From Vezdaea acicularis (lineage: Eukaryota), in contig JAPEUI010000111.1 of assembly GCA_026025075.1 (NCBI GenBank), positions 1 through 51,986 of the forward strand: a DNA stretch of 51,986 bases, in the 5' to 3' direction. Positions 1-10,670 of this stretch are shown piece by piece. The notes under the pieces were generated by a model. That model did not search any database. It was not told where the DNA came from and was given only the letters and a program-made list of their open reading frames with translations. Each line of letters starts with the position of its first letter. Position 1 is the first letter of the stretch. Position numbers and translations under genes: made by a program.

Positions 1-92
1 GAATGCATGGGGAAGCCCTTACAAGCTTCCGCACCCTTCAACCAAATCATCCTAGTGTTCATTGATACAACTTGCTAATCATTGGCGTATAG

Positions 93-1651
93 AACACTTG
101 GATGATTTCAAGTAGTATGATCATCAATGGCCTGTCCTGGTGGCAGTCTTGGATCTGCGTCTGGATCGGGTATTTCATTTCGGGTGCATTCATTTGTCTG
201 ACCGGTCGAATCGGTGCGACATACCATATCAGTTTCCCCGTTGTGACAAGAGCTTCCTTCGGTATCTGGGGTGCTCTCTGGCCCGTCTTCAACCGCGCAG
301 CAATGGCCTGTATCTGGTACGGTGTACAGGCATGGATCGGAGGAGAGTGCGTCACGCTCATGCTCCGAGCCATCTGGCCACAATACAACGATTTGAAGAA
401 CACCATGCCTGCTGGCTCTGGCACGAATACTCGCGATTATCTTGGCTTCTTCCTCTTCTGGCTTTTCAGCTTGCCGGCAATCTGGTTCCCAGTTCACAAG
501 ATCAGGCATCTTTTCACAGTCAAGGCCTACGTAGTCCCAACTGCAGGCATTGCATTCTTCATTTGGGCCATCGTCAAAGCTCATGGAATCGGACCTATTG
601 TCCACCAGCCAAACAAGATTCACGGAAGTTTGCTTGCATGGGGGATGGTTAAGGGTATCATGAGCAGCATTGCTAATTTTGCTACTCTCATTGTATGTTC
701 ATCTCCCTACCTACCTGCTCCTGACTAACCATTCAATAGGTTAACGATCCTGATTTCGCGCGTTTCGCTAGGAAGCCGAGGGACGCATTGTGGTCACAGC
801 TGTTCACTATCCCGTGTGGCTTTGCATTCACTTCTTTCATTGGTATCATTGTATCTTCATCTTCTACCATCATCTACAAGGAGCCCATCTGGAATCCGCT
901 CACCATCCTCGGCAACTTCCTCAATAGTGGCAGCCACGGCAACCGCGCTGGTGTTTTCTTCATCGCCTTCGCTTTTGCGCTCGCTCAACTTGGCACTAAT
1001 ATCGCCGCCAACTCCGTCTCTGCGGGTACAGACATGACGGCACTCCTCCCCCGCTATCTCAACATCCGTCGTGGCGGCTATGTGTGCGCTGCCGTCGGCC
1101 TAGCCATGTGCCCTTGGAACCTGCTGTCGTCTAGCAACAACTTTACCACCTACCTCAGTGCCTACTCTGTCTTCCTCTCCTCCATCGCTGGCGTCATCCT
1201 CTCCGACTACTACATCGTACGCAAGGGCTACTACCAAATCCGCGACCTCTACTCCGCTAAATCCGATGGACCATACTTCTACTGGTTCGGCTTCCACTGG
1301 CGCGGCTACACCGCCTACATTGCCGGCATCCTCATCAATATCGTCGGCTTCGTCGGTGCCATTGGCCGCAAGGTCCCCGTCGGCGCCCAGTACGTCTATA
1401 ATCTCAATTTCTTCTGCGGCCTTATTGTTGCGGGTGGTACCTATATCTTGCTCTGCAAGTTCTTCCCCATACCAGCGACTAGCAAGGTTTGGATGGAGGT
1501 TGGCGATGAGATCACGGATGTCAGTGTTGCATATGGCGTGGGCGACAGCGGCTCGGATAACTACGACGAGGAAATCGCGACGGGCGCCGAGTATAAGGGC
1601 CAGGAGAAGATGGGTGTGCATGAGCGCAAGGGGCATGAAACGAATTTCTGA
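93..1651 (+). CDS. NCS1-family nucleobase:cation symporter (uracil/allantoin permease, Fur4/Dal4-like); 5' end lies outside the window
   Basis: The window starts inside an intron (branch GCTAAT at ~74, acceptor TAG at 90-92). Exons are 93..692 and 740..1651, with intron 693..739 (GTATGT...CTAAC...TAG). Motifs [49 protein letters not shown] and PRYLNIRRG are typical of Fur4/Dal4 permeases. Confidence 0.93.
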
Positions 1652-1966
1652 AGGCATACATAGAGGAGGGCTGGCGTTTGTTCATGATATCACGGTCTTG
1701 TGCGATGTAGTGCTTTTTGTTGGATAGCCAGTCATTCCATAGCGGTCCACGACACAATCTTTGATCATCGCTTCCATGGAGACTCTGCATGCTGTGCGAA
1801 GATGCGCCTAGGCGAAATGATCAGGTTCATGGGCGGACTGATCGTCGGTGTCGTAAGAACCTGCCTGTGTAATGGGAGGTCATTCACTTAACGAGACACA
1901 GCACGTAACGAGTGGCCACCAGTGCCATGAGCTGTTGTGCATGCAACAGGCTGCCATTCATATACT

Positions 1967-2805
1967 GAGCGGTATCCCATAAACTCAGCGAGCCACCATA
2001 CCTCAAACGTCCTCAGGCACATCACCAGCCCCTTATTCCCTCCGTCTGCCACCAATTGTTCCTGCTCGACGTGGTCTTCTCCGTTATCTTCGAGGATGGC
2101 TCATGCCGCCCCTCTCATGGTAGGGATGTAATCGAAGGACCGTTCCCAGACCGCGAGTGTGGAGCCACGTTTATGTGGATGAAGAAGGAAGGAGGAAGGG
2201 TTCTATCTACGAGTCGTGTATATAAATAGTGCCATCACGTGACTAGTTAAGGTTGTCCTAACCCGGTCTGAGCAGGCAAAGGTCGAGGTAATGGCGGACG
2301 CCTCATACTATGGGCGGCCGCTTACAACGGGTGATCGCTCAGGTAATGAGAGATATCCCATACAATCAGCGAGTCACTATACCTCAAACATCCTCAGGCG
2401 CACCACCAGCCTCTTCTTCCCTTCTTCTGCCGCCAATAGCTCTTGCTTGACAAGATCTTCTCCGTGGTCTTGTGGAATGGCTTGCGCCACTTCTTTCGAG
2501 GTCGTATTTGGTCGAATGCGCGGTTCCAGACCGCGGCATGGCTGTTCTCGACAGCGTTGGCTTTAACCGCTGGAAGGGGAGTCGAGCAAAGCAGCGTCTC
2601 CAAAGTCCACTTTGTGACCTAAGACTTCGGGTATGAAGCCAAGTTTATGTGATGAAGAAGGAAGGAGGAAATGATCTATCTACGAGTCGTATATATATAT
2701 ATATAATGAGCGTAGTCACGTGCCTGGTGAGGGTTGCCCGATGCCGTTCGGGCGCCCCGTACTATGAGCGGCTGTTTACAACGGGGGATCGCCCAGATAA
2801 TGAGA
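1967..2805. repeat. Diverged tandem duplication (copy 1 ~1967..2347, copy 2 ~2348..2805) carrying a promoter-like segment and a decayed small ORF on the minus strand
   Basis: Colinear similarity is visible by eye. Examples: TATCCCATAAACTCAGCGAGCCACCATACCTCAAAC vs TATCCCATACAATCAGCGAGTCACTATACCTCAAAC; GATGAAGAAGGAAGGAGGAA and CTATCTACGAGTCGT in both copies; TTACAACGGGTGATCGCTCAGGTAATGAG vs TTACAACGGGGGATCGCCCAGATAATGAG. Confidence 0.9.
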
Positions 2806-3682
2806 TGCCATTCAGAACATGGGAGACGGTCCGGATAGTGAGAGGTCGCGCGTGGAATACTATGGTGGGCGGCTCATGTATTGAGCAAGTCGTTCACGTG
2901 AGTGTAGGCCGAAAGACCGGAGGCGTGGTCAGCCATTTCCAGGCCGGACGCTGGTGATGTCCAAAGATGCCCTACGAGCGCTTGAAGAGCTCAAACACCG
3001 GATGCTCCTGTCACGCTATGACTATCCAATTCGATTTTCACAAGGAGACCTCAGTTCTGCCCGGCTGGGCTTCGAACTTCCTCACGGTATACGGGTGAAC
3101 TCTTACGGCGATGGTGCTCGATACTTTCAAGCCAACGAGGCCAAGACGCGCCAAGGCAGGCGCTGTGTTCTGCCTGAGGTGTCAGGCAAAGAACGGCTCA
3201 GCCGCAGAAACAGGCAGTGACTTGCATGATTGCAATATAAAAGACGCAGCGTTTCCCGTCCTGAGAGCAGGCTCTCGATCACGTACGTGGCCGCGATTGG
3301 CAAGAGAGTGCCAGCAGGAGGAGCGTCGAGGAGGTACTCAGTCACATTGTCAGGCCCGGAACGACATCGGTGCAGGCTGCGCCCGAAAAGCGCTGGCCGC
3401 AGTCGCGCCAGGGCACGGTGATGGCCGATGCGAGCCTCGCGCTGGGAGGAGTCGGACAGTCAATCCTGCAAGGCTGCCGTATAGGCAGCCGCCATGATGA
3501 GCGCCGACCGGAGCGCCGACCGATGTGGTTGGCGCAATGGCGAGGGCGGTGTGGCTTTCTGCCGGCCAGGGCATAGCCACACCCCTCGTCCGCCCCGATA
3601 AAGTGGAGTCTCGTTCAGCCTCATCATGGCCTGAGGCCTCCCCGGTTAGCACGATGCATGTCACTGCGCTGCTGTGCCGCCC

Positions 3683-3713
3683 GCACGCCCAGCACGCCCA
3701 GCACGCCCAGCAC
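3683..3713. repeat. Short tandem repeat (GCACGCCCA)x3+
   Basis: cgcacgcccagcacgcccagcacgcccagcac lies just upstream of the predicted C2H2 factor start. Confidence 0.85.
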
Positions 3714-3769
3714 TTCATAAACTCTCTGCCCCTCGCCGTGTAGATATTATTGAACCCTCTTTGGCCACC

Positions 3770-6164
3770 ATGGCCGCCTCAACGGAACACTGTTCTGCCA
3801 TGAGACCACCTTTGTTTCTCCGCGCCATCCGCTTGGTGTGCTTCATCACGAGTCTGAAGAAGTGCGCCAAGTCGAGACAGCAAGTCGAGAGTTCGCTCCT
3901 CAGCTCACGTGGTCGCATCTCCAAGGACGTCGTCTACTCCGCCATCGAGAGACGCGTTTCCAAGTCGTATGTGTACAATTCCAGTTCCTTGGCCGGAGCT
4001 TGCGCGTCCTGATGATGACCTCCGCCTCTAGACAGCTCCGACCCTCCCGAGACGCTCCGCTCAGCGACGCCCGCGACGCTCATGTCGCTCAGCATGTGAA
4101 TACGGGGATGTGGGTCAATCATATACTTCCGTTGCCCACCGAAGGTTCCACTAACGGGGTCTACTAGGCTCCTTCGAGATATTGATTCACACACGAGGAC
4201 TTCTCGCGGCCCCGCCACGTGCGTTGCTTCGAGCTCAGAGCTCCTCGTCGAAGCAAAGCCGTCTCTCGCGAGGATCTCGAGCGATGCGCATCGAGCGCGG
4301 GAGCTACAGGACACTAAGCTTCGCCTCGAGAGTCTCCGCAGACTGAAACAGGACGCGAAGACGTGGGAGACGAGTAATCAGGACGCAGGAGCAACCAAGG
4401 ACCTCCAGGACCCCACTTTCGTTGCAAATCTAGAGCACCTGCTCCTCCGACATCTCCAGGCCCTGCTGAATTTGATCACCATCACGATATGGACCTACCT
4501 ATCGCTCGTGGCGTGCGTCGCGCACCAGCTCTTCGGGGACCGCTGGTACTCTGAATGGGCCGATCGGCGGCGCCTGCTGTCGACGAAAATGCCATGGAAT
4601 ATCAAACCAAGCCTAGTGGTGCTTTGGGGGGTATGCTGGATGTTCGCAATGAATCGCGATAATATCAAAGTGCCCCGCACTGTTTTCTTCCCAGACATTC
4701 TGACAGTCTTTGACGACGATAACAATCAAGGTTTGTTCAACCGATTTAAATCATGTGACGCGACTTGCAGTAACATGCTGATTCTTTTAATAGGCAACGA
4801 TTTGACATACCCGTTGCTGGAGTTCGAGCACGAGCACCAGCCACACCAGACCGGTGTTCAGGCGGCGAATTCTTATTTTCCTAGCGTCGGTCAGCAGCAA
4901 CAAGCGAGCCGGCCGCGTCATGACTCACCTAACGCGAACCCCGGACCGGGGTTCGGGGCGACCTCAACTGCCTATGCCGATGCTTTCCCGGATCTAAATT
5001 TCAATTTGGCGCCTGACGCTGAAACGCCTTATGGCAATGACTTCTCGAATGCGTCGGGTACATATGGAAGTCATACCCCCCATGCGCATGCCCCCCAGAA
5101 CTTCTCGCCACGTGACGCGTCCTACTCTGACAATACAGGCCTCGACGCCACTTTCCAAGGCCACCTCCTCCCGAGGACTCATGCCAGGCCGCCGCTACAA
5201 TATAATAGCAACGTACCCAGGCTCGAGCTGCAGGTCCCATCCGTCCCCCAATTTACTTTACAAAGCCCTTCGGCGCACTCCGCCCGCCCCTTTACCTTTT
5301 CTCCTGATGATATAAGATTTTCTCTCCAGCAAAGCTTTCCGGAGAACCCTTACACCGAGTTTCCGATGCCTCCTACCGCACCGCAATATCCACTTAGCCC
5401 TGCATCGGATTACTCGAACAAAGGCACAGATATGTCGCCGTTCACTCATGGAGACTCGGCCGTCAGTCGTGCCCAAACAGGGACTCCCTCGGGAAAGTCA
5501 AGCGCTTCAGATCATACACCAGGATCGGGGGGGAGAACAGAGCAAACCCCGCCGAAAGACCAAGACGGCCATCTCTACTGCGACCATCATGAATGTCGAA
5601 ACCTCGCGTCCGTCCCTCAATTTAACCGGAAGTGTGAATGGAGGTTAGTAGTCCTTTCCTTCGCTTATTTTCTTATCTGAAGCTTATTAACATCCTTATC
5701 ACAGAAAACACATGGATAAGCATACACGTCCATACACGTGCAAAGAGCCTGAATGCGCCAAGTTGCAAGGCTTTACGTACAGCGGTGGTCTCCTCCGCCA
5801 CGAGCGAGAGGTCCACGGCAAGCAGGGTGGCCCGAAAGAAGAGCTGCACTGTCCACATAGCCGCTGCAAGCGCTCAACCGGCAAAGGGTTCACACGCCGC
5901 GAAAACCTGAACGAGCACCTCCGCCGAGTCCACACCGACGACCAGCCTGTGGTCGGCGAGTCCGGCGAGCCGGCCCTGAAGAAGGGGAAGAGGAAGCGCA
6001 CTTTGGAGGGTGAGGCCGATGATGGGGACGAGATCGGAAATGGCGATGTGAAGGCGGAGTTCAAGCGGTTGAGGTCGGAGAACGAGGCGCTGCGGCGCGA
6101 GATGGATGCGCTGAGGGCGATGTTCCAGGAGTCGGCCGCAGCGAGGAATTCATCCAGAGCTTAA
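3770..6164 (+). CDS. C2H2 zinc-finger transcription factor (3 fingers, basic NLS, C-terminal coiled coil) with a hydrophobic N-terminal extension
   Basis: Predicted exons are 3770..3966, 4032..4109, 4168..4730, 4794..5643 and 5705..6164. All introns are GT-AG, 58-65 nt long and phase-compatible. The fingers read YCDHHEC..RKCEWRKHMDKH, YTCKEPEC..GFTYSGGLLRHEREVH and HCPHSRC..GFTRRENLNEHLRRVH; KKGKRKR is a likely NLS. The 3' two exons are secure; the first three are less so. Confidence 0.85.
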
Positions 6165-9100
6165 AGAAGGAGGTTTAATTTGGGGAACATGGGTTTCTCT
6201 TTCTGTTCTGTCGTTACTACGGGAGGCTTTTTTTTTTTTGCGTCATTCCGGGATTCCACGGCAACTCCTCCAATTCCTCAGACTGGCATAGCGAGCGGCG
6301 TTTCTCTGGCGTCCCAGTTTTTTCAAGGGGATATCTGGGTTTTCTGGGTTTTGCTGGACTAAGTTGCACTTTCATGCATCATGGAATTGCCCCAGCTCTT
6401 GGATTTCTTACGCCCATTAGATAGATTGTCTCGATAGAGCGCACCTCTTCCTCTTCTCTTCTTTAGGATACCCCCCATCACACAATTTCACTCTCCTTAA
6501 CAAAACAAATACATCACCACCCTTCCTCTCATACTTGATCACTATCCTCACATCACCGCCACCATATCCAGCACGCCAGAGCCGCACTCCCCTCCCCCCC
6601 AAAATCCATGAAACCGTGACTCCATCTTCATACAGTAGGCAGCCTTGCCTCCACCCAAGGCCCCCACTATCTACTAACCGACCAATCATACGCATGACTC
6701 AGCTTCCAGCCGCAACACCTCCCCCTAGAGCTAGTAGGCAGGCTGCACCTCGAATGAGCCGCGCATACCCACTCATTCCTCCGTCCGGCGGAGTGTGCCC
6801 TACGGTATCCCCCGCCTTCAGCGACGCATGTATCTGGTTATGGGCTCTGCCGCGCAAGGAATCGAAACATGACTGTTGTGCTGGCGGGTACAGTGGCGTG
6901 AAATGTCCTATTCGTCTGGGACCACCGCTCACACCCTCTCTCAAGCACAAGAGAAACCACATCACCAAGCCGGAGCAAACCGACCGACCGGCCGACTCAG
7001 CTATACCGCAACCCGGGGACTACGAGACTGCACGACGAGCCCGGCCAGGGCTCAAACCCTGTCCTCCCGGCCAATCCCTCGCCGCTTTCATAGATATACA
7101 TAATCTATGACTCGCACACCCCAACTACACCCTCTCTCTATGCCCTCTCTTTCTCCTCGCCGTTCGTTCGGCCCCACCAGAAAAAACAAAGTATTCGCCG
7201 CAATCAGCCCACACACCGTCCGCGGCAACCACCGCATCTTGGCCCCAACGCGTCTCGGAACATCGGCGGATCGCGTCGAGTGCGCGCGGGCATGTGACTC
7301 GGAGCGGACTAACTCATGTACTCTAGCCGTTTTCAGGCGGCGCTAAGCGGGTTAGTGCAGCTCTGCTGGGTGGCGCGGCAGAGGAGTCGATGTCGAAGCG
7401 TCACTGATATGCGAAAAAGGATACTGGGTGAGTCAGTCGGTATGGATGGGCTAGGGTGATCGATGGATCGATGAGTGGATGGATGCATCGATGACTGGGA
7501 CCAAGCGGGAAAATACTCGTTCGGGGTTAGAGCCGCGCCCTGGCCTGGATGCGATCATTGCTCTCGGCTTTTGTTGGAGGAAGGAGGGTGTGGCGTCTGC
7601 AGGGGAGGATGTGGGTTCGGACTTGAGACCCTTGAAGGGTGTTGGGCTCGGCCTGGGTTGGTTCAGGCGGGTATGGGGGTTTATTTTGCATGTGTTTCAT
7701 GCGGCATGAGGTTGGATGGGTTTGGCGTATGGCTGGACTTGAGGGAGTGTGTACGATGGCTGGTTTAATGGGGGAGCTCCCGTTGCGCAGATGAAGGCCC
7801 CAAGAAATGGAATTTTTTTCGTGTTGTGGACTGCCTCGCATTCTATAGTTTGGGAATTGTCCGCCGTTCGCACTATTCCGTGCTGAAGGACAGTGAAGGG
7901 GCGGGAAAAAGGCAGTGGCTGTCCTACGGTTAACAACAAAAAGCCCATAAACGCCCTTCTCTAGGTTTACTACTTCGATGGTAACTGTGGTACATTTTCA
8001 AGTGCAGCTGATGGTAGTTTATATAGCCAAAATACGACCATGACAGTGATAAGGCCTTGTCAGAGGCTGATGGAGAAACTATCGTCCATAACAAGGACAA
8101 TAGCGAGGGATATCGAGTGATGACTGTCCAGAAGTCACAGAGACGAGCGGTGACTGACTCGCGATTGAAATGGGCGGTATTTGAAAGCAATTCACGGATA
8201 GAGGGATGGAGAATGGAGACACAGTCCCTCATATACAGTGGCTAACTATTGTAGAGCCAGATTCCCGATGCAGTATTGGCAATTCACGATACAGGGAGCC
8301 CTTCAACATATGGGCGACTTCTTATCTCATGGGTGAAGTCTAGTCGTTTCCTCTGGAGCAAAAATCACAGTGGAAGTCTGCTTGTTATCTCTTCTACGCT
8401 GATGTTGGTTGGAGCGATCCGGAAGACTAGCTTCAATTAATGGGCTTGAGGCTTTCTATATCATTTGATCCGGCCCAACGCACATGCTCTTATCCAGCCA
8501 CCTCCTGCACATCCACTCTATCGAAAGCTCAAGAGTTCCCCCAGTTCCCTTGTGGCCTCCGACCAGCAATCAGTCGATGTGGTGGACCTCACTGGCGATT
8601 TGATTGCCAGGTGTGCTATGATCCTCTAGATGGTACTCGACCTTGTCACCAACTTTCAACATGGTGTCTCCCGGACCACATGGCCAGTATACTCTAGAAA
8701 GACGTCAGTCAAGCCATCTACAAGACTAATAGACACTTACGTAGTGTAATCCTCTGCCATGATCTGTACACCCTCTTGCACTGGAGTTCTCATCAGTAAC
8801 AGTGCAAGGAGGCACTCAAATAGCCACTCAACAAGGGTAGAGTCATGTGCAGTAGCGAAGGATGCCATCAAAGATCATGATAATGCGAATTGGGGAGACA
8901 AGCTGCAGGCTCGGGGATCATACTATTCCTTGGGTCTGTCAGCGCTACCTATCAAGCGGATAGGGGGTTCACTACGGTTTATTGCTTGGGTTCTTGAACC
9001 CCTGAAAAAACTCGTACGTCAGCTTTTGCTATGGCAGAATCATCATTTCTACGTGAAATGGAAGCTCAATGGCGTACGGAGACTCGTCCAATAGGCATTT

Positions 9101-9613
9101 TGATTGCACGGGTTATCGTGAATTGTTGGAATGAGACTTGAAGGTCCGAGGGTGAATCGAGTGCTAAGGATTCGAAGCGCTCTACAGAGATAATCTGCAG
9201 CTTTGTGACTGGGAAACTCGTCAAATCTATAAGGTTTCACTGCTTGGTCTTTATCCCTGGATTTTAGTGCTTTTAGGCCGCTGAGGGGGACTACTATTGT
9301 CACAATAGTTCGAGACCCCGGTGTGAAACCCCGTAAATGCACCCCAAGCCAATCTTCGGCATCTCCACTGCCCCTCCACTTCTAAATTAGTTCAGGCAGG
9401 TTGAGGAAGTAGGCCGATCGGCTTTGTTCGAGACCTCAAATGCCGTTCGAGACGCAAGCCACCATATGCAGCTAACGAGTTAGACTCGGAATGGTGACCT
9501 GTCAGACTGAAGCCGAATCCCGCATGGCTTTCGGACCAATCCAACTTCGTACCTCTTGGTCTACACTTGATTGGACTTTGCGAGCATCTTTGGACAATTT
9601 TCACTCTTTCAAT

Positions 9614-10471
9614 TCACCTGGCATCGTACTTCCAGCGCTGATCTCGAGCGACCTTTGCTTGCAGAGTCCGCCGAATCCATCCATGTTTTCCATCTTCCTT
9701 TACTCCTCCCATGATTTCGTCTCCATCTGTTTGCTCGTCTTGTACTCCCAAGCAGATGATTTTAGCTTTGTCGTGGCATACCGTCCAAACTTCCAAATCG
9801 AACTCGCCCTCGCTTTCAGCTAACAGGAGCCCTCCATGCGACGAGAAAGCAAAGACGTGGATCGATGTGGCTTCATTCAACAAACGTAAGCCCTGAAGTT
9901 CTCTATAATCGCCTTGGCCATTGGCGGCGATAGCAGTGGCATTGAAAGTCATGGAAAGTGGGAGTGATGTAGAGAGAAGAGCGAGGATCGACGTTTGAAG
10001 AAGTGCTGGGAGAAGCTGGATGCCCTTCGGAAAGGTTTAGCTTTCAGACTTATTATATGTATACTCTTATATCTTACTGAGACTGGTAGTGGATATTCAT
10101 CCTCGTTCTCAGGCGTGGCCGCTATTTGTAGAGTGACTTGAATCAGCGTTCGAGGATGATTCTGTACGAGAATGATATGCCTGAGTGTAGAATGAATCAA
10201 GCCCTCTAGGTATCTTTCACAGACACCTATCCATGATTGTTAGCTTGATACAGATATGGGATTGTTCAAAAATACCTCCAATTCCGTTCGCAGGTCGTAC
10301 AAGGACTTCAATAGTAGCTTCGTCTGGGATTTCGTCTCTTCGCAGGACCTCTATCGGTCCATTCACAGAACCGATCACTCTGTAACCATATTCAGAGAAG
10401 ACCGCAGATCCATCCGCATTTGGTAATACTGAGAGATCAGCAAATGTCTCAAGCTCCTCGCCAAAGGACAT
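9614..10471 (-). CDS. RRP46: Exosome complex RNase PH-like subunit Rrp46
   Basis: Exons 10471..10276, 10226..10078 and 10024..9614 join in frame. Motifs include LSVLPNADGSA, SVNGPIEV..RDE.P..ATIEV.VRP, HPRTLIQVTLQI, S.HVFAFSS and LLLAESEG.F. Confidence 0.92.
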
Positions 10472-10670
10472 TCTGTCAAGTTGTATTTGGAATGTGGAGC
10501 TTCCTGAGTGAACGCGGTCGGCAAGGCTTTCCTACACGCGACGCGGAGAAACTAATCGCCGCACGGCTTATACATTCCTCCCGATGGCACCACAGGCCTC
10601 CAGGGACACCAGCTCAACTAGCAACTGACAGAAAACAAGCTCTTGTATTCTAACGACTTGAATAGATAAT
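10472..10670. promoter_or_regulatory. Compact bidirectional promoter between RRP46 and RRD2
   Basis: The divergent ATGs are only 199 bp apart, and the interval contains ACGCG cores (10512, 10536, 10541). Confidence 0.6.

Noticed and set aside
1..92. Possible TPP riboswitch in the intron of the NCS1 transporter
   Set aside because: No CTGAGA or TGATC..TAAT..GCG consensus is visible in the portion of the intron inside the window.
2850..3220. ORF fragments containing PIRFSQGDL, reminiscent of the aminoglycoside-phosphotransferase-like IVFTHGDL motif
   Set aside because: The catalytic His and the downstream NI/DWE motifs are missing; the evidence is too weak to call a pseudogene without a search.
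3349..3380. GTCAGGCCCGGAA resembling SRP RNA domain IV
   Set aside because: It lacks the AGCAG partner and the extended helix.
4010..4018. Triple TGA in the upstream C2H2 frame as a readthrough or editing site
   Set aside because: It is more simply explained as lying within a GT-AG intron (3967..4031) whose removal restores the frame.
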